Assembly: GCA_937625935.1 (NCBI GenBank)
Contig: OW569377.1
Coordinates: 248,001-312,000 of the forward strand
Length of the DNA stretch: 64,000 bases
DNA from: Tetramitus jugosus
Taxonomy: Eukaryota; Protista; Heterolobosea
Direction: 5' to 3'
Position numbers and translations under genes: made by a program. Below are positions 19,408 to 30,804 of this stretch, one piece after another. The notes under the pieces are model-generated. The model had not been told where the DNA came from, searched no databases, and saw nothing but the letters and a program-made list of their open reading frames with translations. Numbering within the stretch: position 1 is the stretch's first letter; each line of letters opens with the position of its first letter.

Positions 19408-21999
19408 ATGCAAAACTACAAAATCAGAGAAAAGATTGGCTCTGGTGGTTTCAGTACCGTGTTTAAGGCCTTCCATCTCTCTCATCCCAAAAAAACAGGA
19501 AACAACGAAAATGAATACGAATCACAAACTGTGGCATTGAAGTGCATTCAGGTGCACAGTTTGGATGAGTTGAACTTTGCCCTGAGGGAGGCTCAATGTT
19601 GCATCGGTCTCAGTCATCCAAACATTGTCAAGTGTTACGAGTTTTTCATCGACAAAAAAAAGGTTCCCGATGCGCACATGATTTCTGCCGCCGATTCAGA
19701 AAACGCCGCCTCAATTTACGATTTTCCGTCCTCGGAGCGATGGTCCGTCTGCTTAGCTTTCGAGTATTGTTCTCAGGGAACATTGAAACATTTGATCAAT
19801 AGAGCGAGCTCGAGCAAAAAACCAATTGCTTTGAACAAGGTGCTCAAATGGATGTTTCAAATATTGAGTGCACTGAGTCATATGCATGATCGCAAGATGC
19901 TTCACAGGGACATGAAACCAGAAAATGTCTTTGTTTTGCAGGGAGGTGATGTCAGAGTGGGTGATATGGGTTTGGCAAAGCAATTGGAAGCCACCATGAA
20001 TGCCAACTCTGTACTGGGCACAAGCTACTTTATGTCTCCAGAGATACGCACAGAAAATCCTGTTTATGACTCAAAGATTGACGTGTGGGGCGCTGGTTGT
20101 ATTTTATGCGAGCTTTTGACATGCAAGCGAGTGGATTATGCGTATGAAATGATGGTAAATCCAAATGCCATGTACACTCTGATCGATGATCGGTATCATA
20201 GCCATGTAAGTGATAACAATGACAATGGTGGGAATGGTGATGGTGAAGAAAAGACGGACTCCCAGTCTCTCTTGTCAAACTTGAAGGATATGATGCGTTC
20301 GATGCTTACTCATGACTCAAAACTCCGTCCTGATTGTAACACCATATTGGCCAAGTATTTCATGGCAAGTATTCCTATCTTCCGTGAACAGTCGTTGGTC
20401 AGTCAAATCACAACACCAATGATTGACAATAGGAGCTATTCTCGTGACTCCTTGTCTTCATCATCGCTCTCCTCTCTTTCGTCTTCCTCGTCAACAATGT
20501 CAAAGAGCTCTCGTGGTCTGTTCTATGATCGCTTGAGCATTGATTGCTATGTTCTCCTGTTTTCGTTTATGGGTACATCAGATGTTGTGAGATGTTCCAT
20601 GGTGTGTTCCCAGTGGCACGAAATTATTCACAACAGCACTGTACTATACAAGATTTTGTTTCAGACGACACTTCAGATCAACACAGATGCCAGTTCGTTT
20701 GACACGACTCATTATTTGAATGCGAAAACGATGAGAGATGCATACATGAATAGAGCTAGATTGGAACACAATTGGGTTATGAACAAGTACAAGTATACAG
20801 GATTCCAAATGCACGAACCTCAGAATTTGATTGCCACTTGCTCATTGTATCAAAGTGAGAAGATCACCAACGGATACATCAAGAGAATATATGAGAAGCA
20901 AGCCAATAGGGCCTATGCGAACAGCCAAGTACCAAAACAAGGCACCCATGGAAACAAAGTTCAAAATGTGAAGCAAGTGCCTGAGTTTGTTGATTTCGGT
21001 CAGCACGCACTAGTGATCACTGGTTGCAAGTCGCATGTTCGATTATCCGATATGTATGGATTTGGGGTTGCAGATCATCCACTTCGCTCCAACTCCTTAC
21101 AGCTTCTCAAAGGTCACACATCATCTGTTGTGGCAATCAAATTCAAGCCAGAAGTACTTCCAAGACTGATTTTCTCTGGCGGTGTAGACAGAAGTATTTG
21201 TTTTTATGATATATTGGGCACTGATACTCCCTTGCATGTTATTCCAGATGTGCTAGTGAGACAGATTTGGGATATGGATTTATTGAGTTCAGATGTATTG
21301 GTTGTTGGTGGTGAAGATGCTGTAGTTAAGGCGTATGATATCACAAGTCGATCGGCTATTTGCAGCTTTGGACATGATCACAAGGGACCTGTTTATGCCT
21401 TAAAGAGTGATCATAGCCAGATCTATACTCAGTGTTTTGCAACAGGATCAAGTGATGGTACGGTATCCATATTTGATTTGAGAGATAGTGCCATGTCCAA
21501 GAGACACACAATCCAGGCAACGAAACAATCAGTTTATGAACTCTATTGGGATGGTTACGAACTGTTTACAGGTCACTCTGATGGTTCTGTTGCTGTTCAG
21601 GATATTAGAAGGCTCGGTGGGGTCGATAATGACACACCAACATTGTTCTCCATTAATGGTAGCTTTGGAGCTGTGAGGGGTTTGACTGTAGATTCATCAA
21701 AGATATCATGTGGGTTCTTAGGTGGTGCACTTGGTGTTTACAGCAGAACGGATGGCCGATTTTTGAACAAACTTGACCACAATGAAGACAAGAAACTGAT
21801 CTCAACAACAATGAGTTGCTCGTGTGCCAATGAAAGCATACTCATGGGTTCGGATTTCAATGGTGTTCTTTCAGTGTACGATTTTAGTTGTGGAATGACG
21901 CCTCAGGGTCCTGCACCTCCTCTTTCTGACCAAGAGGTTACTCCTCCTGTACCAGAACAAGCAAGACAGAACAGTAAGACTGCTTGTCGTACTCAATAG
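19408..21999 (+). CDS. NEK-like Ser/Thr kinase fused to F-box and WD40 repeats
   Basis: GSGGFSTV, VALK, HRDMKPEN, GDMGLAK, GTSYFMSPE; F-box-like LSIDCYVLLFSFM..SDVVRCSMVCSQW; WD repeats GHTSSV...SGGVDRSICFYD, ATGSSDGTVSIFD. Confidence 0.9.
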   Translation: MQNYKIREKIGSGGFSTVFKAFHLSHPKKTGNNENEYESQTVALKCIQVHSLDELNFALREAQCCIGLSHPNIVKCYEFFIDKKKVPDAHMISAADSENAASIYDFPSSERWSVCLAFEYCSQGTLKHLINRASSSKKPIALNKVLKWMFQILSALSHMHDRKMLHRDMKPENVFVLQGGDVRVGDMGLAKQLEATMNANSVLGTSYFMSPEIRTENPVYDSKIDVWGAGCILCELLTCKRVDYAYEMMVNPNAMYTLIDDRYHSHVSDNNDNGGNGDGEEKTDSQSLLSNLKDMMRSMLTHDSKLRPDCNTILAKYFMASIPIFREQSLVSQITTPMIDNRSYSRDSLSSSSLSSLSSSSSTMSKSSRGLFYDRLSIDCYVLLFSFMGTSDVVRCSMVCSQWHEIIHNSTVLYKILFQTTLQINTDASSFDTTHYLNAKTMRDAYMNRARLEHNWVMNKYKYTGFQMHEPQNLIATCSLYQSEKITNGYIKRIYEKQANRAYANSQVPKQGTHGNKVQNVKQVPEFVDFGQHALVITGCKSHVRLSDMYGFGVADHPLRSNSLQLLKGHTSSVVAIKFKPEVLPRLIFSGGVDRSICFYDILGTDTPLHVIPDVLVRQIWDMDLLSSDVLVVGGEDAVVKAYDITSRSAICSFGHDHKGPVYALKSDHSQIYTQCFATGSSDGTVSIFDLRDSAMSKRHTIQATKQSVYELYWDGYELFTGHSDGSVAVQDIRRLGGVDNDTPTLFSINGSFGAVRGLTVDSSKISCGFLGGALGVYSRTDGRFLNKLDHNEDKKLISTTMSCSCANESILMGSDFNGVLSVYDFSCGMTPQGPAPPLSDQEVTPPVPEQARQNSKTACRTQ

Positions 22000-22057
22000 A
22001 CGACTCTATTTATTATAAATATATGGTGGGTTACCCTACTCCTTCAAAAATTATCCC

Positions 22058-23281
22058 TCATTTTGGTGGTGGCAACGATATTTGTTCCACAGTTTGTCCC
22101 GATAGCATCTTTGCTTCCTCTTCAATCGGAAGTGCTCTTGGTGTTTCGGTGATTGGTAGGTCCTTCAGAGACTCTTCTATAGGCAGATTTGTGGTGGATT
22201 CCACTGTCGCTCCTGGTAATTCCGCTGGGATTGTCGAAAGATCTCCATACTTGTCCCTGAACTCCTTCAAAAAATCGGAAAAATCCTCATTCATGCTTAC
22301 CAAGTTGTCCATCTTCTCGCCAAATAAGTTTTGGAAGAATTGCTTTTCAGGATCGAGTCGCGGTGTTCTCTTTCGTCCTTCCAAATGCTCCGAACTGTAT
22401 CCAAGAGACACAATCAACGGAACAGAGTAATTGCTCGGTAGTCCAACAACATTCTTGACTCGTCGCTCATCAAATCCCTCCATGGGACATGATTGAATAC
22501 CGTGTGCACTCGCAGCGAGCATCAAAACGTCTGCTGCCAACACTGTTTGCTTCCAGATATAGGCCTTCATGTTCAATGGAGCAACCATCATTGGTTTATA
22601 GAACATTGAGATGGCTGTAGTGAACAGGAATTTGGCCAATTGAAGTGCACACAATGGACCAGTGTTCAATAGGGCTTGAGACAATCGTCGAACACGATCA
22701 ATCTGTTCCTCTGTCATAGTGCCTGACTCTCTACCTTGATCCAACACTGTTTCCAAATTTTCCAATGGTCTACCATGATTCGCTGCAATGACAATCGTCA
22801 CTGGTGCTTCCAATATTTTTTGTTGTCGCAAAGCTGCTTCATAGAGCTCTTGCTTCTTTTGCTCATTGTTCACTACAATGGCTGTCCATGGCTGTAGATT
22901 GTAACCAGAAGGAGCTCTCTGAGCAAGAGCTAAAATGTGCGACAGAACTTGAGGGGGAATTTGCTTATCAGGGATAAAGTGTTTGGCGGCATAACGGTGC
23001 AACACAGTTTCCTCCAACCTTTGTGCATGCTCAGAAAAGTGATAGTCCGTCGATTGAGGAATGTACTGCGGATGAGCAGTGCGGGTCGCAGTCTCAACGG
23101 TCGACGAATGAATGGGTTTCGTGTTGAACGGTTCTCCGACAGCCGTAGACACAAACTGTTTTGGCGCGATATTTTGACTGAAATGGCAGATTACACGACC
23201 AGAGTGCAATTGACTGTTCTGACAAGTGTTCAAAGAAGTTTGAAGACACTTATTCAAGAGAGCTCTTTTGTTTGAGTACAT
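22058..23281 (-). CDS. Nitroreductase-family flavoprotein with probable mitochondrial presequence
   Basis: R.A.K.F, AQRAPSGYNLQPW, LMLAASAHGIQSCPMEGFD, VSLGY; N-terminal extension. Confidence 0.88.
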   Translation of the reverse strand: MYSNKRALLNKCLQTSLNTCQNSQLHSGRVICHFSQNIAPKQFVSTAVGEPFNTKPIHSSTVETATRTAHPQYIPQSTDYHFSEHAQRLEETVLHRYAAKHFIPDKQIPPQVLSHILALAQRAPSGYNLQPWTAIVVNNEQKKQELYEAALRQQKILEAPVTIVIAANHGRPLENLETVLDQGRESGTMTEEQIDRVRRLSQALLNTGPLCALQLAKFLFTTAISMFYKPMMVAPLNMKAYIWKQTVLAADVLMLAASAHGIQSCPMEGFDERRVKNVVGLPSNYSVPLIVSLGYSSEHLEGRKRTPRLDPEKQFFQNLFGEKMDNLVSMNEDFSDFLKEFRDKYGDLSTIPAELPGATVESTTNLPIEESLKDLPITETPRALPIEEEAKMLSGQTVEQISLPPPK

Positions 23282-23433
23282 TCGAATAGGTTGTTCTTTG
23301 AAAATGGTATTCTTGATCAAGTTTGTTGTTGATCCGAATTTTATTTTTGCCGACAGCCGAAATTTCTGATCATCCGATACATCTACAAACTCGAAAAAAC
23401 TGTTTGTGTTGGTTTTTGTTGCAAAAGTGAAAA

Positions 23434-23552
23434 GCCTACATTACTGAGGGTTCTCGAGTAGTCTCCTATCTCAATACTAACTCAGCCAGATGGTGCTTAA
23501 CTTCTCTATTCGAAATGGGAAGAGGTGGTTCCACCATTGTATGAACGTAGAC
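23434..23552 (-). rRNA. 5S rRNA gene (copy 1)
   Basis: 119 nt GTCTACGTTCATAC...GAAGTTAAGC...TTAGTATTGAGATAGGAGAC...GTAGGC followed by TTTT; terminal helix pairs; identical copy at 38107-38225. Confidence 0.93.
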
Positions 23553-23706
23553 ATTTGGTTTTGTTGTTCACTGTATTTGGCGCACATGGCTCCGGGCCCA
23601 AAGGAGCTTTAATTTGAAGAAATTGATTGTTTGGTGGACTCTATGAAGTGGTATTGTATCAAACATTTGTACATAGTCCTTATTGGCTTGTTAGCGAAAA
23701 ACAATA

Positions 23707-24851
23707 CTATTCCTTGGCGTCAATGATACCAGCATCAGAGATTTGGTAAATGGCTTCAGCTTCAGGCAAGCTAGGAGAATCATAAATCTTGCAAACTCGC
23801 TGTTCAGCTCTTCCCTTTCTCAAATACAGTCTCGTTGTGCTCGTATGAGCCAACACGTGACCACCCACTGGTTTTCTAGGATCAGCAAACATGCTACCAC
23901 CGCTAGGATCCGCTTGAACTTGATTGGTAATAAACACTGCCACATTGAACTCTTCAGCCAACTTCATGAGCTGAGACATGTGTTGACCCAATTTTTGTTG
24001 TCTCTCCGAAAGTTCACCTCGACCAGAGAAATCCACGCGAAACAGTGCACTGATACTGTCCACAATGAGCACACGAAACTGATCTTCCACCATTTTTGCA
24101 CAAACATATGTCATCAACTTCATTTGCTGTTCATGAGTGTATGCACGAGCTGTAATAATGTTCTCCAACGTCGATGTGGCATCAATACCGAATCGCTCAG
24201 CAATCGGTTCGATTCTTTCAGGTCTAAAAGTGCCCTCCGTATCAATGTAGCACACTTTGCCATTGCCTCCACCCTTTTCACGTGGCAATTGACTCGTGAC
24301 ACACAGTGTATGACACAATTGAGTCTTGCCCGTGCGAAACTCTCCAAATACCTCGGTAATGGAGCAAGTTTCAATACCACCACCTAGTAGAGTATCGAGT
24401 GCTGAGCTACCAGTGGAAATTTTGATGACGTCTTGTCGCTTTCGAAGACTTTCGACACCAGTGATGAAACCACTGGTGCAAATCTTGGCTGCTGCTTCCA
24501 GAATTTTATCTACTTTGGCTTCAGAGAGTCCCTTGACAGCACACAACTGTTTCTTTGTTCTCATGAAGAGTGAGTCTACAGTGTGGCAACCAGCATCTTT
24601 TAATTTCTGAATAAAGAATTTTCAATGAATGACATCAAAATTTGTCAGTTTGAGATGAGAATACAAAAAAATTACAATACAAAAAATACAAAAAATCAAA
24701 ATAGAAGAAATGGAGAGAACATGAGTAATACCTTGATGTCTCCAACGTTGATTCCAACATCCTGAAGTTTTTCAATCTCATTGAATGAAATTTCTTCTTC
24801 CTCTTCTTCGACTTCTTCTTGCTCAACTTCTTTTTCAGCTTGCTTGGACAT
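23707..24851 (-). CDS. DMC1: Meiotic recombinase DMC1; intron 24607-24731
   Basis: GEFRTGKTQ Walker A; DMC1-type residues [37 protein letters not shown]. Exon 1 is MSKQAEK...GINVGDIK. Confidence 0.88.
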
Positions 24852-25255
24852 GATTCTTGGTGTTTTGGTGGATTTTGTATTTTTGTTTGGTGTATTACTT
24901 GTTTTTTTGGTTGTGTATGACTGTTGGGAGCACAGAAGCAAACATCTGTAGTCAGAGAGTTCGGTCGGGCGAACAGAAACAGTCAACTGTCTGATTTTAC
25001 AACACGACAGAGAAGTTTCAATGAAGCGTTGTTGAGTGTTCAGGGTAAAACCAGCTTTTCCTCGTTCAACTTGCGTTAGGGAAGAAGACTATGAAAGGAA
25101 AACGAGGGCACTATAGACATCTTTCTCAAAAAGGAAAGGATTGCGAAAGTCCGATCCAAATTTAACTATACAATGTATTTAATACAAAATGCTGACAAAC
25201 AAGTTTCCTCTATGTTCTTTGGCAAAAAGGATCAACAATTCATAGCATTCAACTC

Positions 25256-26473
25256 ATGTCTGACAATACCATCAATAACAGCAACAGTGCCACGACCAAC
25301 AACCATTCTTCCAAGAACAGTGACACTGGCATACGGGAGAATTCAACTCCCAATCCAACTCTAACTACCCCACAAAATGGTTCTGCACTTCAAAATGAGC
25401 CCCTTGTGTCCTCTGGTCAAGAATCTCCTACCACAAACAATCCTCTGCTCAATTACTACTTTATCGTCGTTCCTGAAGCAGTAGACCCTCGTAATATTCA
25501 AGATTGGCCTCAGGGAGTTCAACTTCAGATCATGGTTCCTTACTTGATTCGAACGAGGGAACCCGATGCTGACTCCCAAAGAGGAGAAACCAATGAACCA
25601 ACACCACAACAAGAACAACCAACTCAAGAAGGAGGAGAAGAAGAAAGTTTTCAATCTCCTCCCGTGTCGCATACCTTCTTTTTGGAACCTGGCTTCTTTG
25701 TTTCGAACTCTCCTCCCACAGTCTTTGATCAACAAGTGATGGATATCATGTATCAAAACTATTTGAATGAAACCACGGGTACTCTTGCACAAGAGAAATC
25801 CTATGCAACTAACGCCTCATTTTTGGAATCGCTTCCTGTGTATACAACTGACAAGAATTGTCCATTTCAAAGAGAGTTTGGAGACTGTGTGATAGAGTGT
25901 CCCATCTGTATCGAGGAAGGTGAACAGGGTGAGACATGGACAGTTCTCCCTTGTGATCACAAGTTCCACATGAAATGCCTCCAACCATGGCTCCAGGAAA
26001 ATCACTCGTGTCCATCATGCCGTTATCAATTGCCTACCAAAGAGGAATCCATTGAAACCGTGGACTTTCATGCCATCATGGAAGAAACAAGTGATAAAGC
26101 ACTCTCTATCAGTGATGTGACGCGTTGGATCTCGAAGCTGGTGTTAGACGTGTACAATAATTACAATACTTACCAAACATTGAATCGCAACAAGGGAGCA
26201 GCGTCAATGGAGCAAGACTTTGATAAGTTGGACTCATTACTCACTACAGAACTCAATGAACTGAAATGGATTGAACACTGGTGTGAAAACAACAGAAAAT
26301 ATCCACCATCAATCGCTGCTAAAGGAGAAGAAGAAATGAAGAGCAATGATTCAATATTTGACAGCAACAGAATTTCATCCTTGGCGAATCAAATGGTTAA
26401 ACGAGTGCAATACCTCCAATCGCTTGTTGTCCAGATGCATGAACAGTTCATCCCTCAAGCTTCTGGTGCATAG
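25256..26473 (+). CDS. RING-H2 E3 ubiquitin ligase
   Basis: CPICIEE...LPCDHKFHMKCLQPWLQENHSCPSCR. Confidence 0.88.
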   Translation: MSDNTINNSNSATTNNHSSKNSDTGIRENSTPNPTLTTPQNGSALQNEPLVSSGQESPTTNNPLLNYYFIVVPEAVDPRNIQDWPQGVQLQIMVPYLIRTREPDADSQRGETNEPTPQQEQPTQEGGEEESFQSPPVSHTFFLEPGFFVSNSPPTVFDQQVMDIMYQNYLNETTGTLAQEKSYATNASFLESLPVYTTDKNCPFQREFGDCVIECPICIEEGEQGETWTVLPCDHKFHMKCLQPWLQENHSCPSCRYQLPTKEESIETVDFHAIMEETSDKALSISDVTRWISKLVLDVYNNYNTYQTLNRNKGAASMEQDFDKLDSLLTTELNELKWIEHWCENNRKYPPSIAAKGEEEMKSNDSIFDSNRISSLANQMVKRVQYLQSLVVQMHEQFIPQASGA

Positions 26474-26560
26474 TGGTTTAATCTTCCTGTAAAATACTTA
26501 AAGTAAATATACATAATGTTGTAATGTTTAACCGCAATTTTCCTTCAAAATTCTTCCTTG

Positions 26561-27419
26561 TTACATGAGCACACACGTCGATTTCGAAGATTCGGCTCTC
26601 GGTGATTGGTTCGATGTAGATGCTGTCGATGATGTACTATCTGATTGATACAAGACACATACTCTGTCATTGTTCTTGAGCTCACCACTCGTAACGAGTT
26701 TCCTCAGAGTGGCCGATTGATTAGAACACAAATTTCTCTCTGTTCGACTGTTGCGGATACTGACAGTTTGGTTCTGTGTTTTTCTCAGCTTCAATTTATC
26801 GAATATCATGACAACCATTTGTTGACAAGTGATATCCAATGGGAAGCTCATCTGTTGTGCTTGTTGCAGGAGCCTTGACACGTTAGTGCCCTCTAATTGA
26901 ACAATCAATGTGACCGACTGTGCATTTGTCTTGCCTTTGTTATTCGCAGAGTTCTTCTTGTTCACCTTTTTCTTCAGAGTTGGCTTTCCTGTACACTCGT
27001 GATCCATCGTCATCCGATGACTATTCTCCGACAAGTCAAGGAATTGTAACAGTCAACCTTTGATTTTCACACACAAACAAAATCAAACTTTTAATGAGAA
27101 CAACCACAACCTACCTTACGCAATATCCAAGCCCACATTCACGACATTCCATTAACACTGGCTCAGAGCACTTTGCCGTGCGATATTGACACCTAGGTTG
27201 CTTCGGACTTTGAGCTCTGGGATGCTTTCCTCGTTGAGGTGCTCGTCCTTGCTCTTGCTCACTGATATCATGATCAGAGTATGCCTTGCACCGATGGTCC
27301 TGGTGAGTCCGATGTTCCAAACAAAAAACATGATTACAAAAAGAACAGGTAAAAGGAAGGAAATCTTGAACATTACAATCCTTCATGGAGCAATGAGCAC
27401 CCAAGTCATAAAATTCCAT
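26561..27419 (-). CDS. AN1-type zinc-finger protein (two AN1 fingers, Ubl-like domain, CaaX box); intron 27021-27114
   Basis: MEFYDLGAHCS..DC...DFLPFTC..C...FCLEHR....H.C; splicing restores C..C...YCVSHR...DHEC; ends in CVLM. Confidence 0.85.
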
Positions 27420-27553
27420 TGTTCAATATGCTATTGGTTGATTTGTTTTTGCGGAGATGAAAAACTCCTCGTTGCCGAAGAAAAGCAACCTACCTGGCGT
27501 GGAGAGAACTTTGAAAAAAACGAACATCACAGAAGAGGCCTTGGGACAAACAA

Positions 27554-28849
27554 ATGGACGCATCTGTGACAGATCAAGAAACATTGAGCCAATGCATGAT
27601 TCCTGGAACAACTTTTCTGCTTGGCAGTGGCAGAGGATCTTATGGTGAACTCTGGACAGGTGATGAACTGAGCAAGGTGAAGCCCATTGGACGTGAGTTT
27701 ACTGCTGAGTCTCTTTCAGCTTTGGAGCTTCAAACAGATGATGGTTACACTGTGAAGAACAAGAATGGTGAACAATGGTTGACCGTGAGAGGTCAAAGAC
27801 AAATTAAACAAGTTGCATGTGGCTCATTGCATGTCATTCTGTTGGAGTTTAATGGAAGGTGTTGGGCATTGGGTGATAACGATGACGGACAGTTGGGATT
27901 GGGTCATTCTAACAAGGTAAAGTATCCCACGTTGATATATGGTGATATACAGAATCAACGCATTGAGTCTGTGGAGGTTGGCGGATGGTTTTCGGCCTTC
28001 TTGAGTACAGCGGGTCAAGTGTTCACCTGCGGAAATATTCGTCGATTGTATTGGGATGAATCACAAGTGCCAAGGGTCTCGGTTCAGTCTGATTCTTTGA
28101 GTAGACAAACAACGCAATACATTCCAAAGAGAGTACCCATTGATGCGAGCGACACTTTTCGAATCTGCAAAATTGGTTGTGGCAATCGATTTTTGCTCAT
28201 GCAAGACTTGTATACGATGAATGTGTTTTTGTTAGGTAGCTTTGATACCAACATCTCGGATCCATATCCCTCACTCGTGCACTACGTTCATCCTGATTCA
28301 CTGGAGAGGAGACCCGTCAATTTCCCATGTAAGAAAATTGATGCTGGAGCCGATTTTTCGGTTCTTTTGGATTATCAAGGAAAACTCTTCGTGTCTTCCA
28401 AGACGGAGGACTATACATGCCAACAATATTTCTATCGTCAAATAACTCACGTAGTTGATGTGTGTTGTTCCTGGAATCAATTTATTGCTCTGGATGCCCG
28501 TGGATATGCCCATGTAGGAGACCCTACCCAAGCAGAGAAGGTTATCACTTTGCACTCATTGGGGCTCGTGAATCAAATTGGTTCTGGCAATGTCCACGTG
28601 TACGCTCGTTCAGAAAAGCAATTGTACAAGATACCGGAAAGGTCTTTGGAAGCTATTGCACCATTGGAGTTTGAGACAGAAGTAGATCGAGACAAGACCA
28701 TTATTAAAATGACCGGATCATACTTCACGACGATTATACATCAGGCAGTTGGGAAACGCTCACAACTCATGCCCAGAATCAATTCGTTGCGTCTGAAGCA
28801 GCTCTTGTGTGATGTTGTAGTGATCTGCAACAACTACGAACAAACATAA
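27554..28849 (+). CDS. RCC1/BLIP-II repeat protein
   Basis: IKQVACGSLHVILLE.NGRCWALGDNDDGQLGLGH; C-terminal LCDVVV motif. Confidence 0.8.
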   Translation: MDASVTDQETLSQCMIPGTTFLLGSGRGSYGELWTGDELSKVKPIGREFTAESLSALELQTDDGYTVKNKNGEQWLTVRGQRQIKQVACGSLHVILLEFNGRCWALGDNDDGQLGLGHSNKVKYPTLIYGDIQNQRIESVEVGGWFSAFLSTAGQVFTCGNIRRLYWDESQVPRVSVQSDSLSRQTTQYIPKRVPIDASDTFRICKIGCGNRFLLMQDLYTMNVFLLGSFDTNISDPYPSLVHYVHPDSLERRPVNFPCKKIDAGADFSVLLDYQGKLFVSSKTEDYTCQQYFYRQITHVVDVCCSWNQFIALDARGYAHVGDPTQAEKVITLHSLGLVNQIGSGNVHVYARSEKQLYKIPERSLEAIAPLEFETEVDRDKTIIKMTGSYFTTIIHQAVGKRSQLMPRINSLRLKQLLCDVVVICNNYEQT

Positions 28850-28965
28850 AATATTGAAAGTTGTATCTGCGGTCACAAGGACATTCTGAAACTAAAAGAA
28901 AGAAGAACAGTAAAGAGGACGTGTATTAAGAAAACAGACAGTCGGGTCATGAAAAACGTCAAAAC

Positions 28966-29050
28966 AGGACATAGTGTGAATCGAACACACGACCATAGGA
29001 TGATGTTGCATTATTTGCAATCCCATGCTCTACCGCTGAGCTATATGTCC
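28966..29050 (-). tRNA. tRNA-Cys(GCA) with 13-nt intron
   Basis: GGACATA/TATGTCC acceptor, GCTCAGCGGTAGAGC D-arm, TGGGA-TT-GCA-A[ATAATGCAACATC]A-TCCTA, GTGTG-TTCGATT-CACAC T-arm. Confidence 0.9.
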
Positions 29051-29173
29051 TTCATATGTATGCTTCCATATTTATTGAATATATTTGTGGGTGGCCGCCA
29101 TTTTCTGCATCGTGCTCGCACTGGGTGAATTGCAGGCTGCAAAATACTTTAATAACGACATTATTCATAACAT

Positions 29174-29675
29174 TTACTTGGCAACTGGGGAAGTGACAAT
29201 ATAGTTCACAACATCGCCGACAGATTGAAGCTTGAATGCTTCCTCATCAGGAATCTCAACAACGAATTCTTGTTCGACTTCATTCACAACTTCAGCAGAG
29301 TCCAATGAGTCCAATCCCAAATCCTTGACAAAGTGTGAGTCAGGAGTAACCTTATTTGGATCAACCTTGTCGTGCTTCTTCAACACATTGATCACTCTTT
29401 GAGTAACGTCTTCCTTGCTCAAGAAACTTCCACTAGCAGAGTGTTCGCCTTCACTTGCATAGGATCTATATATCATTGTTCAATCGGATTCATCCACATG
29501 CGCACGAATAATAGTACAATAATAATGATGTTAGAAAAAGCTTTTTTTCGCAAAAGAGGTTGGTTGGTTTCACAAATGATCATGATGAGAATTCTTACCT
29601 TGTGATGAATTGGTTTCTTGGGTTCAAAACTTGCTTGTTAACAGCGAAGAATGCTCTAGAGTATCTGCTCAACAT
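29174..29675 (-). CDS. Mitochondrial acyl carrier protein (NDUFAB1-like); intron 29466-29598
   Basis: DLGLDSLD phosphopantetheine site; exon 1 [14 protein letters not shown]... resembles a mitochondrial presequence. Confidence 0.9.
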
Positions 29676-29930
29676 GGTGTCTGCTTCAAATTATTTTGTT
29701 TTCGCGTGCTTCGATTTTTGCGTGGTTTTGTAACTTATTTTTCCGATCATCCCGATTACAACATCATTTCTCCATGCGTGTGGGGACTTGAGCAAGAACA
29801 ACCTCTCAAGAATTAAATTGCAAGATATTGTTTAATAAATGAACTTTAAGTGGTGCTCTATTCGATGTGACCTATCACAGCGGAATGCATTTAGTTTCTT
29901 GTGTTGGAGATAATACAGTAAGAACAGTGC

Positions 29931-30206
29931 TTATTCGTTCTTTGTTGCTCTTTTTCTTTTGACGTCTCTGGTTCTTGGAGTTTCCTTTCTCTTCTCGACG
30001 GTATTCTTGGATGCTCTGTTGACCTTGCGAATCTTCTTTCCGAGTTCGAGGTCCTTGTAGTTTACATTCTTTCTTCTTCTGGTGCCTCCCACAATGTTCT
30101 TCTTTTCGATCTTGGCTCCATAAGCAACTCTCTTAGACTTGTCAACTTTGCCAGAGCGTTTCCAGACGGTCTTGGTTGGTGTAATATCTGATGATGAAGA
30201 TGCCAT
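29931..30206 (-). CDS. Small basic (Lys/Arg-rich) hypothetical protein
   Basis: 91-aa ATG ORF; possibly joined to upstream ORF 30431-30667, structure unresolved. Confidence 0.35.
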   Translation of the reverse strand: MASSSSDITPTKTVWKRSGKVDKSKRVAYGAKIEKKNIVGGTRRRKNVNYKDLELGKKIRKVNRASKNTVEKRKETPRTRDVKRKRATKNE

Positions 30207-30804
30207 GTTATAAAAATTTCTTATGAGACTTGCTGAGCGAGAGTACCCTATCTTTGGTTTTGTTTGGTTGTGTTTCTTGACGGTGCCACGGATAGCACCA
30301 GCTTCATTTTATACCACCAGGTCTCGAATTCGAATTTCCAGTACTTCTGGGAATGTAACGGATAGAATTTTGGTTGAAAAAAGAGCGCGAGTTTTACTCA
30401 ATAACGGTTTTTGGATTGAAAATCGGATCATCATCCGGGAGTGGGATGAAGGAACTCCATGATCTTTCTTTCTGCCGGATCTTCATCACCTTCCAGGGCA
30501 TCTGCATTCACCTTCTGTTCGTAGATCCTTGGTTGCAACTCTTCTTGGTTGAGTAGATTCTCGCTACCTTGTTCTAGACTTTCCTTTGCACCTTCGATGA
30601 ATGAAGGGAGGGGTGTTTCACTCGCCAATGTGAGGGGATTCAAGTTGGATATTGGATTGGTTTCCATTGGTTTCTGATTGATTGTGCCTTCGTTGGTGGG
30701 AATATTATGGATGTATTTGCAGACAACTTGGTTCTATTTTCGGTTTCACACTCTTTACAACAAAGTAATACAATAAAGGATACTTCAAGAACTTAATCAT
30801 GAAG

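Noticed and set aside
23743-24387. Long antisense ORFs overlapping conserved genes (e.g. opposite DMC1, 17653-18072, 36944-37483)
   Set aside because: Shadow frames from codon bias; no motifs.
25005-25030. ACAGAGAAG resembling the U6 snRNA box
   Set aside because: Not followed by the conserved ATTAGCATGGCCCCTG sequence; no other U6 features.
30431-30667. 78-aa acidic ORF upstream of the small basic ORF
   Set aside because: I could not establish a convincing splice or homology; left unannotated.
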